Shown in pieces: positions 1-13,125 of a DNA stretch of 64,000 nucleotides; the first letter of the stretch is position 1; each line of letters opens with the position of its first letter. A program made the position numbers and the translations under genes. Source of the DNA: Lingula anatina (lineage: Eukaryota > Animalia > Brachiopoda); assembly GCA_051362555.1 (NCBI GenBank), contig CM120646.1:6200001-6264000 (forward strand), written 5' to 3'. The notes under the pieces are model-generated. The model did no database searches, had not been told where the DNA came from, and saw nothing but the letters and a program-made list of their open reading frames with translations.

Positions 1-803
1 TATAAGCAGTATAACTCTGCCGGACTGGAAAAAAAACGGAGACAAGTTGCAGCAAACTTTCCGTAATCTCTAAGAGTAAAGGCGCCGCAAAAGTAAAAAA
101 AAAATGCATTTAAAACTGGGAATTTAAGCATTTTACTTAGCTTCTTTCTCTTTTCTTGCAATTTGGAACATGGTTTTGTTTATCGACATTATAGGGGGCC
201 CATTTTTTATCATAGTGCATAATGTCTCTTAAACACGAAAATGATTGCGAATCACAAGCTGGTCATACATTTAATTCTTATTTATTTTTTCATAAAAATA
301 CACATGCATTAATATAATCACAGAATGGTTGTAACACAGCGGAAATGAAATGGGCAGATGGGTAAAATACTCAGACGAAGACTCAGTGTTGATGTCCCAA
401 GTCGCCGCTGTCGGCACTTAGATGAAAGTACTAAAATATATATCATTTTCTGTTAACGATAATGTTTGAACGCACGCGAGCTCGTCCCCATTAGTGACGC
501 CATCCTAGGTGACAATTTTTTTAGAAAAAAAGATCAGTGAAGTTTTATGCCCGGTTCGTAACAGATCTAGAAAATCTAGGTATAGAATCGATTTTCCTGT
601 GCTTTACCAGGGATATGTATACAAAATATACCGCTTTTAATGCAGACTTTTAATTCAATATATTCTTATCAATATAAACCTGTAGGTGTAGCAGTCCTGT
701 TGAATTAAAGTGGATATTCGTTTTCTCTCTCATATCATTCAGCAGTTGAGTTAGGTTTGGCCGCTACCAGAATACTTTGAGACTTTAAGCGTGCGCGCGC
801 GCA

Positions 804-857
<54 letters not shown>

Positions 858-3800
858 GACAAATCCACTTTATTATTGGGGGATATACTTGAAATGAAGC
901 CATTTAGTTTATTTTGTTCGGGATTTTCAAAGTAAGCATCAGACATGATGAGAAGCATCCCACACACACATTACCGGTAGCTACATCATGTTCGGTATTT
1001 TATATCATTCTTATCATCAAGGTGGGTCGTTTGTTTAATGGGTCGTATAACCAACGTATTACAACATATTATTTTCCTTACACGGTGGTTAAAAGACAGT
1101 TATCTCCCAGACATCTATGTACGTACCACACATGACGTCACTCGTCAAGCAGACGACACTGCCAAAAACACTGACGGATTCAGGATCTTGCAAACCGGGG
1201 GTGGGGGGTGGGGGTGGCACAATGGTTAGATTTTTAAAAATATAACACAGGGCAACTGTATTACAATATGAAGAACCAAGGAATGGGAATTTGATTAACC
1301 TTGTGTAGTCTCGCTTCACTTTTTTTTTTTTTTTTTTTATGAAGGGAGAATGGGGAGACGGGGGGAGGAGGGGGGGTAAACGTACATCTCAAAAGCTAGA
1401 TGTCATTTGCTCGTAGTGCCCTCCCGTAGACCCACCACTATGTCATTGCCAAGATCGTTTCTTGTCCATAAATTACACCGAGAAAAAACCCTCCATGCAT
1501 ATCACTGCCCATAACCAAATTTACTTATGGGCCGCCCTATCTCATCCTGACGGTGCCAAATTTCTATTTCTAGGTGACTCACGATGAAGGAGACACTATG
1601 TTCATTTTTACACGTCGGTCAAAGGCGGGTCTGGGGAAATCTAGGAGGGCACAGAGGATACATACCTTTCCCCCTAGATTCGGTGGGATCCCCCTGTCTC
1701 TTTCTTCCCAAAGAAACAGTATAACGTGCACAACAACTCAAATCGAGTTTTATTTCTATCCCTATGGCCGATGTATCATAATAATATTGCCTTTGTCTAT
1801 ATTGTTTTTTTGTCCTTGTGCCCCCGTAAGGGAATCTTGAGCCCACCACTGGTTATGTGGACGATAACAACGATATCGCCAACACTCAATGATGGGTTGA
1901 TTTAAAAAAGACAGTGTCACTTTTTATCCCTCTTTAGGATAACTCTACGTTTTATTAAAGTGTATGAGTAAATGTCTTTAGCAGGATTATCTATTTAATT
2001 TCATTGTCGAATATAATAGACCCTTTCTCTTTTTTAATAACGCCTGTCGTCTTACCTATTTTAAATTCTCGAGCACGGATTTATTGAATCATATCGAATC
2101 GTCACGTGAATTAAGTAGACAGAAAAAGCGTAGGTAAGCGGACATTTAAAGGCTTTTTAAATTCATTACACTGTGCCATGCCGTACCCTGAGCTTTTCTT
2201 CAGAGAATCTGTCTCCTTCAGTAATCCAAAAGTGATTTCACCATAGGGTACATCTGTACCAGTTAGTATTGAAATAGTTTTATCGATGGTGACGCGCTAG
2301 CATGTCTTTTAGTTTAGAACGCGGTCAAGTTTTGAACAAGAGGACAGATGATGAATAGTGCTTCTATAGTTACAGAGGCAGATGCATACAAAAATGCAAC
2401 TCCCCATTGTTGAAAAAGTGAGATGGAAAACCACTGTCATACACCGGACGTTTAAACCTCAGAATAGAGTGCACTGCGCACTCTATTCATGGCCACAGCC
2501 AATTTATGATTATATCTATGTACATGTGTGTGCTCTATATTAGAGGCCAACTGAGTAGTCAACTTGATTCTATGCCAAAATTCTCGTTGGACACGGTAGC
2601 AAAATATTGCCATAAATTAGCCGGAGTCAATTTCATGTCTGTGGACATCTAATGAAAAAAATCAATCTGTGGGCCAGGTAATGGGTAAGCCCAATGACCG
2701 TGGCGAGATGTTTTGTTTATCATTAGAAAGGAATATCTTTGAATAAAGAAAAACGATTTTCTGTCTATTTTACATTAATTGCTTCTTCAAACACCAGCAA
2801 ACCGGTAAATCCGGAGTTATCGCCAGTCCAATATTCCATTTAATGATAAAAATATAATGACAAATGAAAAAACATAAGCCTGTAGACATGTACATGTTAC
2901 ACAGCTGACGGAATTATTTGCTGGGCTATTCTCCATCTATCTTTGACTGGGTTCCCGTCCCTAGATCGATCTAGCAGGATCGATCCATCTCCAAGGGTTT
3001 TTTCGCTAAATTGCTTTCAGCTTAAGCGGCTTAGATGGCTGGCACGCCTACTGAAGCTGCTAAACGACGGTTAATTACCCCCTAACAGCTTTAGTAGGCA
3101 TGCCAGATATCGAAGCCGCTTAAGTTGATTGCAATTTTGCGTCAATCCCCTTGGAGATAGATCGATCCAAAGTGAGCACGATAGGGCCTGGGAATGGTCC
3201 CTCTAACACCTCGGTGCATGTCACAACGCACCGAAAAGAGACATGAATCTTCTCAAGGCTGTGTGCTCTTTTGTGCATATAAGAGCAATAAATTTCATAG
3301 AATAATGTGAACTCGAGTGCGTATGAACGTATAACTTGTATGGTCTGCACTGAATGATATGTATATTCAGTATCAATTGAAAAATTATCATCTGTATGGT
3401 ATCCGTCTCGTCTCCTCTTTCACGCACAAAAAGGAATTGTTAATTTGAACAAATATTAAATCGATGCAGCATGTAGTCATACAAGTAACGTGATAATGGA
3501 GGGTCTGGATTTAGTGCACGTCCTTCGGCTGTCATGACGCGGCGTTGCTTGGGAGGGTGTAAGGCAAGGTTAATAACGACAAAAGACAGACAAGTTGCAC
3601 TGGAATAGTTGTCAAACACACACACAAAAAAAAAAATTCAAATAAATATATAAATAAATGAATAAATGATGCGTTAAATACGTAGCACTCAAAACACCAG
3701 TTCTGACATGTTTTTATTTATTTTATTTATTTGTTTGACGAAGTATTAACTTCTTCCAGCTACGTCAAAATATCAACCGACTGAAAAGGGATAAAGCAAA

Positions 3801-4934
3801 ACAGCATGCTGGGGAGACCCGGGGAAGGGATGGGGTGGGTGGGTTGGGAGGACCGCCCCCTCTCTCCCTGGGGGCAGACATTGGTTTTACTTTCAAAAAT
3901 GAATTCAAGTCACAATCTGGTCCTAACTTAAAGAAGAGAAATCTAAATGTCTTGTTGTACACAAAGAACGCAACAACAGGAAACATTACTTTTTTCCCAA
4001 TTTTCCAAATGAGGGTTTAATCATCTCACACAACACTACCGATATTTGTGTATTTTAGTTGTGGGGAGACAAAAAACTATAGCTAAAAGAATTACTTGAC
4101 TTAAAAACCTTTGTGTCCTCGAGTATAATATTTATTTTTGTCTCCATTTTCAAGTGATTTTACTTTTTTGTATGTGTAAAATTATTCTTGTGTTAGCAAA
4201 GAAAGCGTCCTACACAATTATTTTTTTCTTTGTGTAGCCTGAAGTCCTCTAGGAACCGTAATCCATTCCCCATCACTTTTTACAGGTGTCATTCGTCCCG
4301 TATACTAATCCCAACATGTACTAATAATATGGGACCCTGGACTTCTATACCTAGGTCTACCATTACTATCACATCGGGCCCAGATAATACAGCAAGCGTC
4401 TTGTCAGCTCGCTTATAAGGGACTAGACTGTTTTCCCATCCCTAGATCGAACTAACAGGATTGGCCCATCTCCACGGGGTTTCTCGCTAAATTGCTTTCA
4501 GCTTAAGTGGCTTAGATGTCTGGGAAGCCTACTAAAGCTGCTAAACGATAGCTAATTACCCCCTATCAACTTCAGTAGGCGTGACAGACATCTAAACTGC
4601 TTAAGTTAATTGCAATTATGCGAGAATCCCCTTGGAGATAGTTCGACCCAAAGTTAGTACGATAGGGTCTGGGAATGGTCTCTTACACTCCCTCTGTCTT
4701 TCACTCACCTAGTCCTGGGTCTGGATACCGGCATGGCGGGAGTCCTGTGGCCTTCACTGTGCCCTGAAATGTCCCATGCGGGCTCTCTGTCAACGCTGGC
4801 TGTGACGGTAAACTGAACAAAGTCGAGAAAGTGAAAAATAACGACACACACAGAAGCACGGTGGCAGTCCTCGCCTTGAAGCGACTGTTCAGTACCCTCA
4901 AGGTACTACTGAATAACATCGTTGCAGTCCACAT
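1..4934 (-). CDS. 5' part of a gene encoding a probable type-II signal-anchor membrane protein (Golgi-enzyme-like topology); continues beyond the window start
   Basis: Exon 4934-4709 encodes MWTATMLFSSTLRVLNSRFKAR-TATVLLCVSLFFTFSTLFSL-PSQP... (basic N-terminus, hydrophobic anchor, stem) and ends at donor G|GTGAGT. A phase-compatible acceptor TTTTTTTTCCAG lies at 25-36 and opens exon 24->1 (VRQSYTAY). The catalytic part is not visible. Confidence 0.45.
2945..3201. mobile_element. Palindromic MITE family A, copy 1
   Basis: Foldback arms (TAGATCGATC, GCTTAAG, GCCTACTGAAG) around central TAATTACCCCCT; homologous to 7 other copies in the window. Confidence 0.75.
4426..4682. mobile_element. Palindromic MITE family A, copy 2
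   Basis: Close match to 2945-3201; ends 27 nt from the donor of the 4934-4709 exon. Confidence 0.75.
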
Positions 4935-5514
4935 AAGATTCTCAAACCTGAGTTTGACCTTGTCTGGAAGCTCTGGAAACTACTTCACGTCGACCTCAGG
5001 CCAAGATCAATGCATCATGTCGACTTGGTGATAGTATATGAGCTGTCGGTACAGCTTGTCGTTCGATAAAAATAATGCTGTTCATATAATGCGCATTTCT
5101 GTATGCCTGTATGTATATATTAATATATAAACATCAACAGAGAGTTCACTGGAAAAACAGCTATCACTATCCTGTCGTCAAATATCCCAAAGGTGTCCAC
5201 AGTTCAGACACATGTCCTGTGTTGCTCTTTTCCACTGGCGGGTAATCCTATATACACAAAGTCACTGTGACAGTTATGACATCACTTATTGTCAGATGAC
5301 AGGACAAGCAGGTTGGAGACACACATTCTGACTCTGCTGTGCGCTCTGTCTCAATATCCTATTTCCACTGCAGTAGCATCGTGTATACTGTATGCTTATA
5401 AACCCAGGTATGTGGGTTTTCACCGCTACAGCTCCGTATGTGCTCGTTCTCTACATGTGAAGTTCACGTTAAAACTTAAAAAAAAACATTTTGACAGATT
5501 AAAAAATTGACCAA

Positions 5515-6105
5515 GCAAACGTGTTGGCACAACGTCAATAGCGATTATACAAGTGACCGTTCTGATTCATCCACTTATATTATACTGAGATTATGAGAAA
5601 ATTAAATCTAATGCTAGATCTTAAATTGAAACGGAGATCACGACTCTTTGACCTAATCGTACAGTCTTCGTCAGGTGAACTGATTTTGAATTGTCACCAG
5701 TGTCGCGTGGTGACATTCTGCGTGGGCTGTTTCCCAGGGCCCGGTGCCACAGATGTGCTAGTTGTTATCGCAGGCCACCGTGCGTGTTGAGGGTGGGTTG
5801 ATCAACCTGCTCATGGACGCGCAGAACGTTATCGTACGACACCGGTGACAATTCTAATTATACATACTTATTTCAGTATTTCAAGGCTTTCGTACAGATG
5901 AGAAAAGACTCCCCAGTCCTTTGGCTAAGATCGAAGTGCAATATAATTTAAAATAAGTTCACCTTTAGAGCGAAACGTCGTGATCCCCGTTTTAACGTAA
6001 GATCCAATATTAGATTTAATATTCTCATCACCTCAGTATAAAATAACTGGATGAATTAAAACTTTCACTGCGATAATCGATGTCGACGTTGTGTCAACAC
6101 GCTTT
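5515..6105. repeat. Degenerate long inverted repeat (old foldback element)
   Basis: CGTGTTGGCACAACGTC..ATTCATCCA..TATACTGAG..ATTAAATCTAAT at 5520-5625 is mirrored at 5997-6102. Confidence 0.6.
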
Positions 6106-6714
6106 TCTGTCATAGTTGGCTGTACATGTATTGTACCATTTATATAGGGAATTTCTCCCCGATCCCCGCAAAGCCACGTGGTTTGCTATTGTCATCTATC
6201 TATCTATTACCGGGGCTTGTAGGTCAGGGCACGCCAATTTAAACACCAGGTAGTATCTGAGCCGATCACATACTGTAAAATTAAAGAATAATTTTGCAAA
6301 AGCCCCCCCCCCACCCTTCGCATCAAGTGGCGTTATTATCTTAATCACAGGTAATTTTTCCGTATATGAAAATACCCAGTATGCCCAGTGAATACGTGTA
6401 ATTATGTAGGGATAAACAACTATTCTTTGGTCGAGTGTGCATTCATTGTACATCACTCAACGATATTGATATTTTTTCAGTGTTCTTATAAGCAATGAGC
6501 TCATGATCAGTATGGCAGCAAGGACATTAAGAAGAACTGACTGATCCAGAATTTTGCCATGGGGGCCTGGGCTGGGTGAACAAGGATATTAAAAAAAATT
6601 GCCGAGCTGAGAGGTACAAAGGTGGATTATTATTTGGTTCTGCCTGTTTTTGTTTCTTTAGGCACATTCCCAGTGAAAATGTCGCAAGGATTTTCGCTGA
6701 ATGCATCAGTTTAA

Positions 6715-6961
6715 GGGACCATCCCCACTGATATTTAGATCGATCTATCTCCCTGGGAAGTCTCACTTAATTGCGATCAACTTAACCAGCTTAAATGTCT
6801 GTCGCGCCTAGTAAAGCTGTTAGGGGGTAATTATCTTTACCCTGGCTGATTCGGTAGGCGTGACAGACATTTGAGCCTCTTGAGCTGATAGCAATTTAGC
6901 GTGAACCCCCCAGGGAGTTAGGTCGATCAAGATGGATCGATCTAAGTATGGGAACCCAGTC
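6715..6961. mobile_element. Palindromic MITE family A, copy 3 (reverse orientation)
   Basis: TAA TSD; central AGGGGGTAATTA. Confidence 0.75.
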
Positions 6962-9391
6962 TAATATGCCTCCTCTTCTTTCCAACATACTCGTATTATC
7001 ACCAGCTTTTCTGTATTCTACTCAACGCCAGGAGGAGGCGTGTTAGTCTGTCAAGTCATTGGGAATGAGCCCTAGATTGTTTATAAGGTGGGGGGGGGGG
7101 CGCAGTTTACAAAATCTCCTCTATGTACTTGTAGCACTTATTCTCCTTTCCCTCCCTTCCTCCCTCCCTGTCTGGTCATGCCCCTTTTATGTTCATCTAA
7201 CTCTCCAAATGACCACCTGCTATATTCCAGATAAAGATTATCAAATTCTTTCGAGTAAAATAGAATTCGAAGATCAATCATTGATGCTTATCAACGCTAT
7301 AAATTCCAAAGGCTTCTGTTAGTTAAAAAGCAACTGGCAATGAAATCATTTGAAAGCCATTAATCGGAATTTCCTTTGATATTGTGTAGTAATATTCAAA
7401 TTGCTATGGCGATTTTTAACAGAGGGCGTTCAGAAAGTCGGTCAATTAATTGGCCACTTAAAATCTTGACATTTGAATATTTTAATCATGTGTTGGCGTG
7501 AACAGGAAGGGGGTGCGTGCTTGCGTGCGTGCGTGCACGGGGAACGGAGAATGGGGTGGGGGCGAACAAAATTAAGGAAATCCAGGAATGAAAGAAAAGC
7601 GGTTTATTAATGCCATGTTCCACACTAATACTGGAAAATTTCTTAGTACGTGTATTCGAAAAGTTAGGGAAAAAATAAAGTAGATTAATAAATGAAATAC
7701 ATAAATTAAATACTTGACATTGACATTTAGATAGTTGAACGATTTAGACAATTAGATTTCAAATGCAAGTGATGTCATTTATTTACCGGTTAAACCAGTA
7801 GAGCAGCATATACTGGTAGACACTTGTGGCACTAATGATGTGAAGACTTTTTTATGAGTGGACCTCCTTCCAAATCATTATCCCTGTGTCATATTAGCAG
7901 GCTCCTGGCTGATATTGTTTTACCATCTCTCTCTCATGAGAATTGAACGTAACAACCAAATATAACAGCAAGATAACAGCACAGTTCTCAAACAATAATC
8001 TTCCAGGGGTCCTGAAATGTACTTTGTTTTTAAAATATCCGTCAACCATTATGTGACATGTGTATCATCTATTTCAGTTCCGTCTCATTCGACTAGGAGT
8101 ATGGGTGGTTTCACATTTCTTGGCATTAATTTGTATTATTTTTAACCGGTGCCCGAAAGCCAAGATGGATGAATAACGTTGCATATGAACTCAAAAAAGT
8201 TTACTGTGTATTGCGGCTGACATGTAATCATAACTTCGTGTGTTTTATGAAAACTTTCTAACCACTGCATATTTAAAGAATTTATAGCCATAAAATCAAA
8301 GATTTGAATAGACGTTTTTGGGAGGTTGATGTAAATTACAAATTAGGTCAACTCACATGTATCAATTCAATACTTAACGAACAAATAAGCTCAACGAGAG
8401 AGAGAGAGAGAGAAGGGGGGCATTTCATCAAGTGGTTTCTCATAAATCTCAATTAAAATATCACCAGGTCAATTATGTACGTTTTTAATCTTAAATTTAC
8501 GAAAACCCTCCACTCCTGTCTGGTCATTATTTTGTCAAAGTAAAATTTATGATCGTCTCTCGAGGACAAAGAATCAACATTGACTTGGTTGGCGAGCCTT
8601 CTGATTACCATATTAAAGTGGGTCGAGACATGGACATAATAAGAGATTAAGATCTGGGCCGTTCATTTATAAAATATTTCAGCGAGCAAAATGACACCAA
8701 TTTTACTGAGATGTATTGTAAAGTGTAGCACGCACGATCATCCAGAACGATTATCGATTATTTTATGTAGGTCAAACAAGGTAAAAGGAATTTTGTGTGT
8801 TGATATGATTTATTCACTGGCATTAAATATGAAAAAAGCGGGGACAGCATAGAAAGAAGTATTCAACATAGTGCCTGTGCACTTTTTTACGAAGCAGGGT
8901 CGGATTTAGGAGTCTTTGTGCTTAGACCACAATCTCATAGATACCATTAGGCTAACTAGATCGACCCAACTCCGACTTGACTGATTGACTCGCCTCCTTT
9001 TGTTTCCAAAGTACTCGTATAATGATCCGCTTTTCTGATTTACTCAACTCCAGGAGGGGGCGTGCCATTTAGTTCAGCTGATTGCACTAAGCGAGAATTC
9101 ATGCAGAGTTGGATCAATCTATGCAGAATGATCTATGAGAATGGAGTCTAAGCACAAAGACCGACTCTTTACAAAATAGTCCACACAGTGAATTGCCATT
9201 TCTTCTCATATTTTGATATTCTGTCATTTAAGTTAATGATAACCTACAGTGCAATTTATCTTCAAATGTTTACCGTTATATTTCATTTATTCTAGTTTTT
9301 AGTATCTTTTTTTACTTAGCGGTGGGGTTTTTGTACTTTCTCCTAGACACCAGTTCGTATCAGACAGTAACCCATTTAACCTAACCTAACC

Positions 9392-9576
9392 CAGGCCCGT
9401 AGCCAGCAATTTCAACATTGTGGTTCTTTTTCTGAAAAAATGGACCTTTACCATAAAACGTCCGTGTAACTAGGTACAAATTTTACCAGAGGGGACCTTT
9501 TCTGCAAAAAGGGGGGTTCTTTCGAGCTCCCCTTACCCCTCCCCCCCCCCCCCCCCCCCCCCCGGCTACGGGCCTG
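9392..9576. mobile_element. hAT5-like MITE, 5-bp TSD TAACC
   Basis: CAGGCCCGTAGCC...GGCTACGGGCCTG flanked by TAACC. Relatives at 59664-59873 and 60193-60255 (partial). Confidence 0.75.
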
Positions 9577-10580
9577 TAACCTGACCTAAATTTTGTATTT
9601 ATCTTTTATTATCATTACTTCCCATTATTATTTTTATCATAATTGTTATTATCATTGTCGTAGGATTCTTTTGGGTTGTAATGCCAGTTTTTACCAGAGA
9701 ACAGACAGTACCGGTATTTTTATACTGACGTTTTGATCAATAAACGTATGCTTAATACACCATTGTACCAGACGTAGAGGACAATTGGCTGATAAATGTA
9801 CAAATTAGTGCTGGGGAATGACCGCAAACTTCACCTAAAATTACAACGGAGAAAAAAATAGAACAAAGTTATCGTTAAGGTGAACAAAATGGAGTGGGAT
9901 ACGAAACAATAGACGTTTTTGTCAGCGCATGAGTTTATTATACCCACTTCTAAACCGCAGATTAACTATGCGCACTATTTTCTCCAACGGGGTAGACTCA
10001 TTTGTGGTATTTTACTCATTTTGTGGTTTTTAGTTTCATCTTCTGATCGAGGTGGCAGTCTTCATATAGATCGAGTACAGCAAATCAAGCAATTAAGGTA
10101 AGAGCAAGCAAATTACCTTGATTGCAGTAGGAGGGATTTGGCAAGTACTTGTGAACTGAAAAAAGCCAAACAGTTATGCCCGCTTACTCCCTGTAATTAT
10201 CCTTGGATTTTATATCAGGGCCACAATAACGAAACGGAAACATATCTGTGAATATCTAAATTTAAGCTAAATTTAAAGCTGTGTGAACTCTGAGGTAAGA
10301 CAAAAAACAAAGGTACATGTAAGAGTGCATGCCATCATGATTGACTCCGAGTTTTCCACATAAGCTTTATGTAAACTACACATTTCATCAAGAATCCCCT
10401 TAAAACACGTCTTTCCTTACTGACTACTCTTATTCGTCTATTTATTATTCACACGGAACACTGTTTTAAGTACGCTTGACCAATGAGCATCCACTTAAAT
10501 TCAGTTCTAACACGCCTTTCAGTTGAAGTTTCCCCGTTTTTATTCATCTCGATAAGTGTAAGGACTTCTGATGAGACTTA

Positions 10581-10795
10581 GACCCCATTCCCAGAGACTA
10601 GATCGATCCAAACTAGATCGACCTAACTCTCTGGGGGTTCACGCTAAATAGCTATCAGCCGAGCGGGCACGAAAGTTAATTACCCCCTTACAGCTTGTAG
10701 TAGGCGGGACGGACATTTAAGCCGGATTATCTGACAGTAATCTAGTGAGACTCCCCACGGGGATAGATCGATCTAAAATCTATGGGAATACGCCC
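10581..10795. mobile_element. Palindromic MITE family A, copy 4
   Basis: GACCCCATTCCCAG...GGGAATACGCCC; close reverse complement of 28479-28692. Confidence 0.75.
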
Positions 10796-11423
10796 ATAGT
10801 CACTGAATCTCGTGTATAATTGAAATACACGTCCTGCCAAATCAGCAATAAGGAGAAATCCTATTAGGTTTAAGAGACTTTTCATTTATATAACTTATGT
10901 GAATACTGGTAGGCTTAATAAATGAAAATAAGACATGGTGTCGACTTTTGCATATCCTTTGTTACTCGAACTCAATAGGGCTCCTTCGTGATGGAGGACG
11001 GGGGGGGGGGGGGAGCGCAAACAAACAACGTGAAGATCAAATTGAAAGATAATGTAATCAACGGAAAAAACTGCTGGTGTAGAAAATATACATATGGAAT
11101 ATAAATGCAAGCAAAATAATATCAGTATAATAATATAAATTAATAACAGGCAATTAATTTTAATAAGAAATCAACAAAAATACGGTCAGCCTTTTTGTTT
11201 TAGTCTATATAAACCGTCACAGTTAAGGAAAACATTTCCAATTAAGCTAAACGTGAATATATGTAGTGGTATATAAAAGACAGATGTTATCACAAGAAAT
11301 ATGACATATAAGATGTGATTTGGCAACAGAAAAATACATCGTTGATTATTTTCCAGATTACTGGCGGGATTTAATCGCCTAATCTCAGTCTCAAACGCGC
11401 CCGCACGATGATGCGCCTGCGTC

Positions 11424-13079
11424 TTAACAAGGCTGGCCGCCGATCTCTGTCGTATCAGCGCCCTCCGCATTCGCCTCCCTGGCTGCCTCGGTCCCTGACA
11501 CGGTCACTGAAACCCCTCTCACAGCCAGCCATTTGGGGATGACAGGGACCAAGATGGCTGACGCCTGGCAGTCTTGGCTGCGATAGGCCCGGTTGGGGGT
11601 AGTGACCGTGTGAGATTCTGAACCCTTCCTGGTGGTACAGCGACCGAAGGGCGGGAGAAAGGGTTTCTGGAATAAAGATCTGGGTTTAAGAAGCGTGTTC
11701 GCTGATTTATACAGTGTACTCTATTCTACCATGTATATATAAGAAGCCAACTGAGTGAGATAATTAATTCCATACGAAAATTCTCGTTTGAAAGTAGCAA
11801 ACATTTCATGAATTGGCCAGAGACACATCTATGCATATCTAGTGACAAAATAAAAAGTGGCCCCGAAAAAGTATACTCAATGCACATTAGAGCTTTATAT
11901 AGCAAAATAATAGTTTGCCTTGAAAAAATACATAAGCAATCCCACAATTGTGTGATGGCATTGACACCGGCCGTCACTTGTACTATGGTTGGCCGTATCT
12001 TTCATCGATTTCTTTACAGAAACATATCATCATATGATATATAAAGGTATATAGTGCTACCTTATTGGCTCGGCCACTCCCTCTGTCCCCTGGAAACAAT
12101 GCCCGGGTCACAGGTGCGTTGGGGCTGGCGAAGGGGCTGTCATAGCGTACAGGAAGCTGTGCCGGTATTCGATAGATGGAGCCACGAGGACCAGGTCGGG
12201 GAAGACTGGAATGCTTACCATCGGCTACTATGAGATCTGCATATGCTATGAGAGGAAAAACATGTAGAAATGTTAATGAAAGTAAAACTAACGTAAGATA
12301 ATATCAAATTGCATTTTTTTCTTTCAAAGATGCATTTAAAGTCAAAATTTTGCCACACAACCCGACCAAATGCCAACATGTGCTGTAGTTTCAAATAGCA
12401 TCTAACCTGAAGACGTATCATAGTGCACCGTTTCATATTTCCCGGGAAATGATATGGCGTGCACCAGTAATACGCCATATTACTGCGTCATTTGGCAGAC
12501 TTTTACGAACTAGAGGGACAGATAATTTGGTCAAATTTACGACCAGAAATTTGAAGGTGCAATTTTAAACCTCGTTATTTCTGATCCCTTGGCATGTCGA
12601 CATCATTTAAGTCGTAGGCTATAAGAAAATAGCAGCAGTGGTTTATGCGTTATGGGGAATCCACGCTCGCTTCATTAGTAACTTTAATCGTTCGTTGTGT
12701 CATTGTGAGTTTCAGATACATTATCCTTTATCATACCTACATGTAGGCCTACCGTAGCTCTCTGTCCCCATACTGTGTCACATTGTACACAATGCCAAAT
12801 AATACCACTTCTAGGATATACTAACCATGGTTTCTTCTTCGAATGTACACAAACAAAATGGCACCGAGGGCTGACACTGTCAAAGCCACTCCCACTGTAG
12901 GTATTATGTACTTCATACTTGACTCTACGGCACAAAGTGAAAATGATGAATAACTATTTAATCTACAAATTTTGTTATCCTAAAACTCATGACATTATTT
13001 ATACAAACATATTGGTGGAATTCTGTATCTCTGCAATGTACACACAGGATCTATCGGCCATCTAAAGAGAGAGCAATAA

Positions 13080-13125
<46 letters not shown>

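Noticed and set aside
785-967. Short ORFs with SLSLSL, THTHTH, poly-P or poly-F runs (also 36794, 50208, 59775, 60540)
   Set aside because: Microsatellite and homopolymer translations with no splice or homology support.
6148-6157. NF-kB-like site GGGAATTTCT (also GGGAAATTCA at 42361)
   Set aside because: Imperfect single motifs expected by chance in 64 kb.
12219-12245. 27-nt micro-exon using the strong internal donor G|GTAAGC in the mucin-like gene
   Set aside because: Possible alternative that would change the last-exon frame. It cannot be distinguished without transcripts, so the longer open exon was used.
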